The notes beneath the pieces are model-generated. The model worked only from the letters and a program-made list of their open reading frames with translations, was not told where the DNA came from and made no database searches. A stretch of 64,000 nt of DNA. Source: Podarcis melisellensis. Taxonomy: Eukaryota. Shown here in pieces: positions 12,600-25,573 of this stretch (its first letter is position 1; every line of letters starts with the position of its first letter). Where the stretch lies: NCBI GenBank assembly GCA_964234715.1, contig OZ174279.1; one strand, written 5' to 3'. The position numbers and the translations under genes were made by a program.

Positions 12600-13437
12600 T
12601 CTGGAGCTTTAAAAGAAAAGTCTGGGATTCTAGCCCCCACAGCCCCTGAGGACTCAACACTGAGGACTCATAACATCAGCTAGTGCAAATGGAGTCGCAC
12701 CAGATCTGTATCAGCTTTGGATGGGCATCTGAATATTGCTCCAGAAAACTGACTGTGCACACAGCTCCCAATCCAGGAAGGAAATCTGTGCAGATATATT
12801 TCCCTTAGAGATTGTGTTTTTATTTCCCTCTGCTCCAAAACTGTACAATGTGCATTTATTCTAGCCTTTTCTCCCACTCTCTACTGCCATTTCAAATTTA
12901 TTAAGGAACAATCTCTCCACTCATAATAGAGCTGTTCAACCTCAAAAGCACAAGAAAAAAAATATTTCTACTAGGATCTCTGACCTCCTGAATGCTTATT
13001 CTCAGGTTACTGCTTTCATTTATGGGGAGGGGGCTGCTCTCACTTTAATTCTGACTGATTAAATTTGCAGCACAGAAAGGGCTTAGTTACCATGTGAATT
13101 CATGTGAGGGCTGGTTATCTAGGGGTGAGCCAGGAAACAGTTCCATCCTGTTGACTTCGATGGAGCTGAACTTTGGGTGGGACCATAAAATGCTTATCAT
13201 TTCTTGGCCAGATCATGCCAAATGACAATTGCAATATCTGCATTTTGAACTGTACCCTTAAGCTATACAAATCAGGCTATACAAGAATCACAAGGTGGCA
13301 ATCTTAATTACATGGGAGAAAGTACCACTGAACTCAATGGGAAGTACATATGTGTAGGATTGCCCTGTGTTTTTACAGTTTCTTAGCTCATCCCATCTGA
13401 CAGTTTAGTGTGTGCTGAGTTTTCTAGAACACCCCTA

Positions 13438-13773
<336 letters not shown>

Positions 13774-14096
13774 TCAGTTATCAGGCGTATGGGAGGCAAG
13801 AATCTACAACATCACATCAAAACAGGAGCAGCGTAGGCTATTTTGCTGCCTGAGGCAAAGGACAAGATGGTGCATTCCCCATTCTGCGCACAAAATCAGA
13901 CAAGACTGGTAGTTGCATTTTACTTCAGCACTGGTTGAAGGAACAGAGTCCTCCACCACACTGTAGGGCAGAAAGCTAGCTTGGGGTTGTAGGACAGACC
14001 ACATGACACACAGTTCTAGCCATGCTCTGCCCCTCAGAATTTGCCACCCGAGGCAGTTGCCACACTTTGCCTCACGGGAGGGCCAGGCCTGCATCA

Positions 14097-14459
<363 letters not shown>

Positions 14460-14552
14460 TTAAGAAGATCAGATCTACAAAATGAAATGTTCCTGTACAA
14501 ACCTGCACGTCTCTGCAAACTGTGAAACTACAGTGAATGTATTTTTATGTTG

Positions 14553-14556
<4 letters not shown>

Positions 14557-14600
<44 letters not shown>
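14557..14600. repeat. (TTA)n microsatellite
   Basis: Direct reading. Confidence 0.95.
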
Positions 14601-14601
<1 letters not shown>

Positions 14602-14850
14602 ACGAGTAAGACTATGTGTTGACCTTTTGGCACAACGGTTTAGATTCAAACTGTAACAACACTAGGTTCATCTGGGGGGAAACTTGATGCCTTTTATGCA
14701 TTATTCCTTCCACCAACAGTATACAGCCTCCACAACCTTTCACTGGTCCCACAACAGACCCCCATCTGTAGTTAAGACAAATTCCAATTCTGCTTCCAGA
14801 TTTCTAACACTCTGTATTCCAGTTTACTCATTCAAATAGTATCAACCTAC

Positions 14851-14993
14851 CTAAGGAATGGAAAGAAGATCGAGGCCCAGAGTCAGGGGTGACATAGAGG
14901 TCACTATCCTCCTGAATTTGTTCTCCATTTATCATATCAATCCAAGCTTGCCTGTGAAATTTTGGTGGGACGATGAAGGGGACGCTTTTCGTC
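14851..14993 (-). CDS. SYT15: SYT15 exon 3, spacer region
   Basis: TACAG acceptor. Reads TKSVPFIVPPKFHRQAWIDMINGEQIQEDSDLYVTPDSGPRSSFHSL (human VPFVVPP). Donor G|GTAGG. 143 nt, phases 2 to 1. Confidence 0.9.
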
Positions 14994-15416
14994 CTGTAGA
15001 AAGGACAACTACCAGAGTCAGTCATATCAAGCTAGCAAAAAAGGTGTAAAATAAACTCATTGTTTGATTTAAATATGCGCTTAAATTCCTCCGCTGAAAT
15101 CGGTAGACGATCTTGGTTTCAGATGGAACGTGACCATTGTTTTCTAGACATTTTCTACGGCTGCATTATCATTTATACACATGCACACATCTAGCGGAAA
15201 TGGAAAGAATACGGTAAACAAATTAAATGTTTTTTTAAACAAAAAAAGAGTTCCTTGGTTTTAAGGAACTATTTTTTTTTATTAATAAGAAAAACAGTTA
15301 AGACAATAAGCAGTGCAACCCTTCTACCCTAAATCAGAATAATTTTTAAAGGGAGTGGGAGATGATCAGGTTTCCCCCCACATAAACAATACATTTCATT
15401 TAGAATTTGAACTCTG

Positions 15417-15462
<46 letters not shown>

Positions 15463-15469
15463 ATCTATC
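15417..15469. repeat. (TCTA)n microsatellite
   Basis: Direct reading. Confidence 0.95.
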
Positions 15470-17186
15470 ATCTTAGATCTTCAAGTGTTAGCTGTCGTGC
15501 GAAAACAGCACCCTCATAAAAAAGAGAATACTTGGAGAAAGTCTGATGTGTACAGAAGTATCAAAAGTATTTTGGGGGGGGGAACCTAAGAGGGGAAAAG
15601 ACCCCACACCACACCAAGAAGAGCCCGATAAAGACTGACCATGCTCAGGACAGGATGCTAACTGACTGTTGGAAGGAAGAATGGAAAACTGAGGGGAGGG
15701 GGGAATGGAATGGAGGCATACCACACTGCAACAATCCACTTATTGTTACCTGAGTGATGCTGGAGCCAGAGGTGGGACTAATGTCCTGATCCACAGGCCC
15801 TAAGGAGGTCCTGTGTGAGTGAGGTGCAGGGATACCAAAGAAGGATGTCATAAAGGATGTCAACTCATAGCAGCCTTTATGAGCAACTCATAACAGCATT
15901 TACTTACATTTGAGATGCCTCATAAACTCTCATGGCAGTTTAGTTTCAAACAAAATATGTCTTTACATATCCCTATCTAGTCTTAATTCTATATAAAACA
16001 TTTTGGTTAGTTTCTTGTTAATTTTGTGTTCACATTTTAAAAAAGATGTTTCTTGTATTAGTTTGTTTTTCTACTAGCAATAGTAGGAAACACATCCACG
16101 TGTTCTGTCAGTGTAGTATTTCCCCCCACCCCAAGCAGAGGAATTAGTCATTTAATAAATTACTCTCTGTCATCTTATATGGGCAAATGTGAAACACTGA
16201 GATACAACTTAGCACATTAAAAAGTGTATGTTGCTGTTTTATTGAAAGTAGGATTGTCATGCCAAGAGCAGTGGAATAATGTGTGCTATTGTGTGTGCTA
16301 TTGTGTGTGCTATTGGGTTGTTGTTTTACATTTGTGGTTTTACATTTTGATTTATTCTGTGAACTGCCCTGAGACCTGCGGGTATAGGGTGGTATATAAA
16401 ATAAACAAAACAAAACATGTTCAATTCCAGTTCTTTATTAGAAGAAGGAGTGCACTTACAGCACAGACTCAGGATAGACACCAAAGCAGCAAGAGGTTGT
16501 AATGACTTGCCCAAGAAAGCATCTATGCATCATTACCTTGCACAAAAACAGCCTATGTCAATTTGGCCAGAACCTCCTATCAGTTCACCTGCTGATGAGG
16601 GCATAGGTGGCATGTATCAAAATCTCACGACTAGCTCCCGTCCCTAGTCCAATCACCAAGCTTCCCAAATCCACAGATAAGCAGGGCATCAAAGCAAGCC
16701 AAAGCACATATCAAAGCAAGTGAATAAATAAATATATGTAAGCTCATTCTTTCAAATATTTCAAATATTCTTTCAAATATATGTAAGAATGAGCTTACAT
16801 ATATTTATTCACTTGCTTTGATATCAATTATGGTAGTTTCGGGGTTATCTTGACAGCCAAGATGGCGTTTGCAGGCCTTCCGGAACATTTTCATCATCAT
16901 CATCATTTTCCATAGTGAAAACAATGTTCAAGGTGGCTTACAGAATGGCAAGATTTACATAATTACTAACTTAACAAAAGTCATAAACAATAAATAAAGC
17001 ACATCAAAAGGTACACATTTTCACCATTTGGTTCTACACAACCAGTGGCAAAGATAATTGGTTCATAGGATCTATAAACAGTGGATCACTGGAATGGGTT
17101 AGCCACTGACAATCTGGGTCTCTTGTTGCATGTTCTGCCCCATGGTTTAGAATCTGATAACTGACAGCAGACGTAAAAATAAAGTA

Positions 17187-17368
17187 CAGCGGTACCTCTG
17201 GTTACGAACACTTCAGGTTATGAGCTCCGCTAACCTGAAGTAGCTGCTCCTGGTTGCAAACTTTGCCCCAGGATGCAAACAGAAATCACACACCAGAAGG
17301 ATAAGAATGGTTTCAGCTTAAGAACGGACCTCTGGAACAAATTAAGTTTGTAACCAGAGGTTCCACTG
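17187..17368 (+). mobile_element. Tc1/mariner MITE, shorter diverged relative of family A
   Basis: TA|CAGCGGTACCTCTGGTTAC..GTAACCAGAGGTTCCACTG|TA. Confidence 0.82.
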
Positions 17369-17390
17369 TAAAATAAAATACACTATTTAC

Positions 17391-17568
17391 CTTGCAACAT
17401 GTGGCTCCTGCAGACGAATTGGGGCCTGGACTGGGGAAGCGGGATTAGTAAGTTCTTCATAAGAAGCCTTGAAGTACACGTTCTTCCAAAAGAGGTATAC
17501 TGCTATCCCAAGAAGGAGCAATAGAAGGATGCCTCCGACCACACCTCCAGCAACAGCAGCTACTTGTT
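17391..17568 (-). CDS. SYT15: SYT15 exon 2, N-terminal transmembrane segment
   Basis: CAG acceptor. Reads EQVAAVAGGVVGGILLLLLLGIAVYLFWKNVYFKASYEELTNPASPVQAPIRLQEPHVAR. Donor AG|GTAAAT. Confidence 0.92.
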
Positions 17569-18139
17569 CTGATTGAGCAAAACACACACACACACCAACA
17601 CTTCAGTGAGCAAAAGATTTCAGATGTTCATTTTACAATGGAAGCTTACATTTAGAACATGGAACTTCCAGACTGTCACTATTTTCAGGTGGGATTCATT
17701 CACAAGCCAGGAGATTCAGGCTGCATAATTAAAGTTGGTTAACGTTTCTTGTGCGGTGAGAGTACCAAATTATGGTTTAATGTGAATGAGCAGCAGGCTG
17801 GTACATGGCAGTAGAGTCACAGGAATTGGGTCGTTCTCTTGTATGCAAGGCCCCAACCTCGGCTACAACAGTGTAGTAGCAGAATCAGTTCACCTTCCAT
17901 GCGTAGCACAAATGTCTAGGTGGTTTAATGATGGACATCTACTTGCAGAGAGTTCCCATAAGGCACAGCCTGCCACACTAAAGGCTCAGTCCCTCACAAA
18001 AGCCAGCTGAACCTCAGGGCCATGGGGAGCCACCAGAAATGCCCTATCTGAAGATCTTGGTGATCAAGGAAGAGCATAAGAGAACTTTGTCATGTATACT
18101 TCCACCCAGAGATGCCAGCAGGGAGCATAGATTAATGTA

Positions 18140-18368
18140 CAGTGGTACCTTGGGTTACATATGCTTCAGGTTACAGACTCCGCTAACCCAGAAATAGTGC
18201 TTCAGGTTAAGAACTTTGCTTTGGGATGAGAACAGAAATCGTGCTCCAGCGGCGCAGCAGCAGCAGCAGGAGGCCCCATTAGCTAAAGTGGTGCTTCAGG
18301 TTAAGAACAGTTTCAGGTTAAGTATGGACCTCTAGAACAAATTAAGTACTTAACCTGAGGTACCACTG
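18140..18368 (+). mobile_element. Tc1/mariner MITE, family A
   Basis: TA|CAGTGGTACC..GGTACCACTG|TA. Confidence 0.9.
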
Positions 18369-19309
18369 TACAATAATAAGATACTGTTTAGGCCTCTCAA
18401 TGGCTAAATTTCAAGTTTTACATAATATTTTTTTAGCCACTTGCAAATGAAGACACAAATTCACGTAAGATTTGCATACACTTTGTGCCACGTGCTGTGT
18501 CTTCTTTTCCAAGTGGAAGCGAGGGCCCAAACATAAATCAAGAGTCCACACAGCAGTAATAAGGTGTCTGGTAGACAGAATGAGCAGTGGAATAATCCCT
18601 CTGCCTGTACCATTAGCTACAATATCTGTGACAGTACAGCATAATACAGCCTGCCCTGTGTGCGCTTGAAGAGGTGCAGAACTTGACATTTACGCAAGTG
18701 TGACGTGACCAATTCTTTGCCCACAGCTTAATCATATCCTTAAACATATCTGACCCACCCATGTGGCTCAAGGCCAAGCTGCACTTTAATTCACGGTGGT
18801 GCAATTCCGGAGTAAATTTGCAGAGTCCAAGCAGAAGTGCTTAGGATTTACGCCACTGGCAATGAAAGCAGCATTTGGCTCAATGGTTTTTAAGAGCAAG
18901 TTTGCCCTATCTGATCCAAGAATGAGGCGTTATAAATCAGGAAGGCAGCTAGCACTAAAAAATGATGTGGGAACTTCTGTGCAGAGGGGGAAATGGGCAT
19001 GACCTCTTTTAAAAACCCGCATGTTGTTGAGAAACAGGGCATTGTTTTGTTATTCACTGCATATTTCCCCAAGCAAAGTGACGTTCCAAGAGCATTGCTG
19101 CGTTTTCCTTCTGGATGGGAATTCTGCAGTATTTGGCAACATCCGTTTATTTGCAAATATGCGCACTGGGCATGGAGGAGGAGACAGGCAGCAGCAGCCT
19201 TCGGCAGAACATCAGTTTCCGGATGTTGTGGGACTACATTTCCCATCTGCCCCAGCAAGCACCACCAATCGTCAGGGATGATGGGAGTTGCAGTCCAACA
19301 ACATCTGGA

Positions 19310-19805
19310 GGGCATCATAGCTCATCTGCTTTGCACGGAGAAGGTCCTAGGTTCAATTCCTGGAATATTCAAGGGGGCTGGAAACATGCCCTGTCTAAAA
19401 CCCTGGAGAGCCTCTGCCAGGCAGTATGGACAGTTCTGAGCTCAATGAACCAATGGACTATGAAATATACTTGGAGTCAAGAGTGGATTTCATGCTCTTT
19501 ATTCAGCTCATAGTGGTGAGGAGGAATGGAAGTTCCCCCACAATATCTGCTTTATATACATTATTTACACAATGGGCTGCACATGATTGGCTAATTCCAG
19601 GATTCTCCTGTAGGTCAATCAAGTTGTGGATTCACTTCCACCTGGAGCTGGATTGGGTGGCTCCTGCGGACCAATCATACTGCTGAATTGTTCTAGGACC
19701 AATCAGACTGCTGCATTTTGGATCCTATTGTTCTAGGACCAATCAGACTGCTGCATTTTGGATCCTATTCAACTCAGTACATAACAGACTTGGTATAGCT
19801 TCTCA
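19310..19805 (+). mobile_element. Squam3-like SINE interrupted by the solo LTR
   Basis: CTGCTTTGCACGGAGAAGGTCCTAGGTTCAATTCC..AAACCCTGGAGAGCCTCTGCCAG..ACCAATGG resembles the recalled Squam3 consensus. Confidence 0.6.
19461..19786 (-). mobile_element. Solo LTR, same family as 30431-30876
   Basis: TG..CA ends, TSD GACTA/GACTT, near-identical to the other copy apart from array length. Confidence 0.85.
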
Positions 19806-20084
19806 TGACCCTGTGAGAGTCCATTGCTATACCCCAAAGGAGAGTAAAAATATGCATGAGCTGGTATATAGTGTTTAGGATGTTGGACTTTGGTCAGGGG
19901 CCACAGTCCAAATCAACTATCAATTTCACTGGCTGAGCTTGGCCCGCTCACCGTCTAAGCTGATCGTTTTCTCTGGGCTACGCTTTCAGAATAAAGATTT
20001 GCTTGTGCCACACCAAACTTTTTATTGAATAGAAATACATTGCAGAACGAAAAGAAACAATTCATAGAAGTGCTTGATTTCTAA

Positions 20085-20416
20085 GAGGGGTCAGCAAACT
20101 TTTTCAGCAGGGGGCCGGTCCACTGTCCCTCATAACTGGTGGGGGGGGGTCGGACAATATTTTGAAAAAGATAATAATGAACGAATTCCTATGCCCCATA
20201 AATAACCCAGAGATGCATTTTAAATAAAAGCACACATTCTACTCATGTAAAAACACCAGGCAGGCCCCACAAATAACCCAGAGATGAATTTTAAATACTG
20301 TAAAAGGACTCATTCTAGTCATGTAAAAACACGCTGATTCCTGGACCGTCCGCAGGCTGGATTTAGAAGGTGATTGGGCTGGATCTGGGCCCCAGGCCTT
20401 AGTTTGCCTACCCATG
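20085..20416. mobile_element. Non-autonomous hAT (Charlie-like) element
   Basis: Ends GAGGGGTCAGCAAACT..AGTTTGCCTACCCATG. TSD ATTTCTAA/ATTTATAA. Internal duplication of about 70 bp. Confidence 0.78.
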
Positions 20417-23400
20417 ATTTATAACATAGCACACAACTGCTTTATAATATGATCACGGGACATTTGGAAAGTATGAAACAATGCAGCTACATAAGAACAT
20501 GACTCTTTCCTAAAATATAATATTGATTGTCCTGGAATCTTCTTGCCACACTTGCCATTCTCTCCTGCCACACTGTTTGAGAACCACTGGTCTAAGCCTG
20601 CCTAACAGAAGGACCGTGTGCCAGGCCAGGCCAGGCCTGCCTTTCCATTCCTTTCCCCTGCCCCTAAGTCACAGCACTGGCAATTACCAGTCTTGCAATG
20701 GTATCATCTGCGAAAATAATAATAATTCTGCACCTGCCCTTCCTGCTCCACTAAACCACAGATCACAAATCCTCCGAAACCAACTACAAAAGTCAGAAGT
20801 GTGCATACTGATTGACCGAACAACCAAAGCCAATGCTTCCACTTCTTGTAATAACCCTCATATCTGGGTTTCAAATCATATCTGGGTTTTCAGGCCCCTG
20901 GCATGTCCTGTTTAAATGTTTGGATTTTAAAAAAATGTGCTTTATTTGGTGCCAATTTCTCCTCCAGCATTGCTCCAGCCAAGGGAGGGGAAGTAGCTTT
21001 GTACCTGTCACAAGGCAACCAACCAATCAGAAGTCTTCATAGATGGGGGAGCATAGGCAAATCTGTCTACAACTGTCTTATACTGTCCACGGGAAGAATG
21101 TGTTCCTCCTAAATCTCAGAGGAAGGCTGAATCCCTGACCAAGGCTCATGCCTCAAGCAATGCTCACCTGCACGACCATTCTGTCAAAAACCACTTTTCA
21201 ACTCCAAACTGCCACTTTATCCTTTCACATCCTGCTGGATTCTAGCTTCAATGCCATCTTGCATGGGAGATGTTTCCTGGCGGATAGCAGTTTTCAACCT
21301 TAATGAGCTGTTAAGAACAATGGGCTGTTTTCCAGATATTGAGAAAACATCATTAAGCACCAGCAAGCAATTCACTTAAATAAAATATGATCACTTAATA
21401 GCTGTTCATAACATCTCGCTTCGTGATCCAGGATGCTAGCTGTTCGAAAAGTTTTAATGGTTAATGGTGGGCATCCAGCGGCAGGGCATGTCAAAGGGAC
21501 TTCTTCCGTTCCCGCTGCTCTCCTCTTCCTCTATACAAATGGACACAATAATTGGGAATGCTCAACAGCTTTTATCAGGCATTAGGTGTTAAAGCACACT
21601 TTAAATACCCCAGTCCATGCCAGGGAACCCACTCAAAAGCTCTCCTGCAAATAGTAAGTGCAGTCCTTTCTTCACTTGTTCAGGCATGGCCATCCCTTTT
21701 CTAGCAGCTCTGACTCAGCCGTTTTCTCAGGGAGGCACGAAGAAGGTGGAAAGCCTCTTGATGTTCCCTTCCTGGACCGTCCCAGGCTTGCAGGTAAGCA
21801 AACGTTTAGGTAAAGGGGTTGAGATCTGCTTCCCTGTTTGTCCTTACCCCCTTCATGGGCTCAGGATGCCTCTTTCCTTCACACAAAGGCTTGATGTCAC
21901 TAGCCATCCAGGTTCCTCCTCCAGGAGTCCTCTCCATCCATCTCTGGCTTGAGAGGAGCTCCAACTTGCCCCTCTCTTGCCACCTCTTTTCCCTTCATCA
22001 AGAGATCGTTTTATCAAAGGATGCAAGACGTTTTAATGCCAATTTGTGCAGCTGCATCTTACTCTACCGGAGTCTCTGCCAGCAATCCAGCGGAAGCCAG
22101 AGCTGATTTTGAATCCGAGTAGGTAGGAAATGTAAGGTATAGAGGGGTGGTCCCTAGTGGTCCTTCACACTTGATTTAGGCTAAAACCCTATACCCGCTT
22201 TCCTGGTAATAAATCCCCTTGAACATGATGTTGGCTACGTCTGTGTTGACATATATAGGGTTGTACTGTTAGCATGTAGTGTGTTACTTCATAGAATTGT
22301 AGAGTTGGAAGGGACCCCTAGGGTCATCCACCCCCCTGCAATGCAGGAATTTCAACACATGGTCCCTCATCCAATCTGCAGCCATACCAGACCCTGCTTA
22401 GCTTTGCAAAGGTGCTAGCAGTTTTAGGGATGAATTTGCACACATACTGTATTTCTGTTTCTGCTCCGTTCCAGGCAATAGTTAGGTAATACGTGTTGTT
22501 GTTGTTTTAATTTAAAAGGGTCCATTTTGTTCACACAGTTTCTTGCCCTGCGGCAATACCCTTTCCATGGACTTTGGGATGATCCACACCACAATTTTAT
22601 ATCTATTGTGTATTCATTTATCTGCTTTGGCCTCTCATCCCAAACTCCTGTAAGCTGAAGTCTGCATATTCTCAAGCTCATTGACAATTTGCTGCCTCGT
22701 CATGACATCTGAAATCAGCTGCCTGAGCAACCATCTCACTCTGCCTAACAGTATGGCCGGCTCTGCTTTGAAGCCGTTGTTAACGGGCTAGAAGACAAGG
22801 ACGTTTTAAAGCATATCTTTAACTTAACAAACAAATCATTGTCTTGAAATGAGTGAAACATGGGTTCCCTACAGAATGAAGGGTGGGATCCTGCAGAGTT
22901 CCCCCACCCAAAAACGATTTTCTTCCCACTTCCCCATCCTCAAGAATAGCATCTCTAGCCTCAACAAGCCTCTGGCTGGCAAGGAGACCCTCCTCTCCTC
23001 CTCTTTGGGCTCAGGGGAGGGGGTCTCCTTGTGAGCCACTAGGACTCTCCAGGGTGCTCCCCATTATAAGTAATTTCGTGTATGCTCCCAGGGGCCCAGA
23101 ACGGAACCCCCATGTAAATCAGGAGTCACTTATACTAGTAGTGTAAAGGTCTATTTGAGGTGAGTTCTGGCACCTTTTCTTCTAGGAAAAAAAGCACTGC
23201 CAGCACATGATGCAAGGGGGAGAAACAGGTAGCATTGAAAACTACAACAGCTGCACAGGCTTTATTTGTTCTACGTTATCAAAGGGGTGTTTTAGTCCAC
23301 CCTTCAGGCATGTTCCCAGGACAGTGTACGTAAAAGCACTGCAAGAATTCAAATACAGATGCAACATCCTGATAGACAAAAATGACAGCAAAGGTTCTGG

Positions 23401-23775
23401 GATTCTCTCCTTCTAACCCAAGGGTAGGTGACCCGTGGCTTTCCAGAAGGCATTACACCACAGTTCTTATCATCCCTGCCCATTGGCCACGATGACTGAG
23501 GCTGATGGGGACTGGAGTCCAACAAATATCTGCAAAGCTAGCCCTGTTCTAATCTAAGGTTTCTTGAAATAGGATGCTCCAGACCCTAGACAGGTGAAGC
23601 GGGTGGGTTTGGAATGTATCTGTCGAAGCTGCTCTGAAATACTGTGGCTGTAACAGCTGGGTTACAAAATTCCAAAGCACAAAGCCCAGTGGTCCATTGC
23701 CTCTATCTCCAGTAGGTGTAGAGAAGCAGGAATTTCAGCAGGTTCAGCTTGTCATGTTTTTTTTTTTGGGGGGGA

Positions 23776-23922
23776 CAGTGGCATAGCGTGGGTTGTCAGC
23801 ACCCGGGGCAAGGCAAGTAATTTGCACCCCCTAACCCGTGGATTTGCGCCCCCTAACCCTAACCCCCAGATGTTGCGCCCGGTGCGGCCGCCCCCCCCTG
23901 CACCCCCCACGCTACACCAGTG
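23776..23922. mobile_element. GC-rich hAT-type MITE
   Basis: TIR CAGTGGCATAGCGTGG/CCACGCTACACCAGTG; G-run TSD (GGGGGGGA). Confidence 0.75.
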
Positions 23923-24500
23923 GGGGGGGGAGCTACTTCTGATCAGTTTCTTGCTTCTGCATACCTCTCCGTGATACAGGAACTCTCACCTCCCTTGCAA
24001 GTTGCGCCTGGCCACAAGATGAAAAGTGCATGGTGTGCAACTTTTAGTATTCGTTATTGCGACGGTTTTCTGCCAAAGAGCTCTCAAAGCATCTGACAAC
24101 CATGAAGTGCCTACTTTAATGAAACAATATCATACCATATTAAAGCAGATTGGCAGCTTAATCGTTGCACAGGGAGATTAAACCTGGCTGCTGGCATTCC
24201 ACCAGGGAGACATCGGCACCTCCAAAGAGGTTGTCTTGGCTGAAATTCCAGGCATTTCCTAAGCACAGGCAAATACAGATCTCACCTGCTCCCCCTACAA
24301 CACCTCTTTCAACAGCATTGCCCAAGCCAGTGACACTTTCAAAGACAGGAGCTTCATGACTCCAAATGAAGGAACCTTGTGGTCCCTTACAGCTCCAAAA
24401 TTCTATGAAAGTTGCACTGCGCTCTCCTCTTCCTTCACCCCCTTCTCCAGTCGCAAAATTGCCCCAGCTGTGCACCACAGCTCCATGTGCCGCTACTTAC

Positions 24501-24507
24501 CAGACAT
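24501..24507 (-). CDS. SYT15: SYT15 coding exon 1 (ATG TCT G)
   Basis: Minus strand reads gacccATGTCTG|GTAAGT, a perfect donor. Phase 1 joins exon 2 to give MSEQVAAVAGG, compared with human MAEQLALVIGG. Confidence 0.8.
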
Positions 24508-25265
24508 GGGTCCTAGGAATACAGAAGCGATACTTTCTCTCTCACGGATGTTCCAGCTGTGCAGCCCAGAGCTTCATCATTCCCATCTACCCAACAGAGC
24601 TTTCAACTCTCGGAGTCCTTTCTTCCTAGCAGCTGTTCTTTTCTCCCTCTTCTCTGGGGCAGTTGCATCTGGGCTGGGGCTGGCAGTAGCAGCAAATAAA
24701 AAAATAAATAAAAGCCCAAGCAAACCCCCAACGTCTCTCCTTCCCTGACAGCCTCAGGTGCCAGCTGATAACTTTTTCCCACATGGATCTGGATCACCTG
24801 AGATTAGAAGGAGGGAGGCAGCAAGGACTGGCTGCACTGCACAGCTCCTTACTTCTCCTCCTAGTCTCCCTGTGGATGTTGAATAAATAAACAGCTCCTC
24901 CTCCTGGTCACCAAGTTGCTCCTTGAGATTTCAAAGGCTGCTGAGACCTGGCAAGTCTAAGGAATCTAAGAGAGGGACAATGTAAGTGGGCCCTGCCAGC
25001 AGCCACCCCTTCCTTCCTGGAAAGCACAGGGTTGGCATCCTCAGAGCATCCTGACAAAAAACATTGGCATGGAGGGGACAACTGCCAGAAGCGTAACTTG
25101 CCTTGCCTTGTATTTTGAAACAAAGCCTCTGAGGCCCTTTTGGGATATGCTGTTTGGTTTTTCTCAAGTAAGTGGAAAAATAAGAGATTCTTTGATGGTT
25201 TGACGTAACCTTGATCCAGGCTAAGCGGAATGGAAGCAGGATTTCCTCCCATGCCCTTTCTCCAT

Positions 25266-25573
25266 AGTAAAGGAGCCCTGGACAGTTAAGTCCAGTCAAA
25301 GACGACTATGGGGTTGCGGTGCTCATCTCACTTTCAGGCCGAGGGAGCCAGCGTTTATCTGCAGACAGCTTTCCGGGTTATGTGGCCAGCAACAGGACAC
25401 CGTGACGGAAACCAGAGCGCATGGAAACACTGTTTACCTTCCCACGGCAGCTGTTCCTATTTATCTACTTGCACTTTTTGGTGCGCTTTTGAACTGCTAG
25501 GTTGGCAGGAGCTGGGACAGAGGAATGGGAGCTCACCCCATCGTGGGGATTCAAACCGCCAACCTTCTGATCT
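25266..25573 (-). mobile_element. Sauria SINE, diverged
   Basis: Shares the core CCTATTTATCTACTTGCACTTT..GAACTGCTAGGTTGGCAGGAGCTGGGAC with the other copies. Confidence 0.8.

Noticed and set aside
18670-18900. Complex non-repetitive stretch with a TGACGTGA motif, a possible conserved enhancer
   Set aside because: Conservation cannot be judged without alignments, and single short motifs are expected by chance.
23828-23866. CCCTAA telomere-like units
   Set aside because: Only 2-3 units, inside a hAT MITE; not an interstitial telomere.
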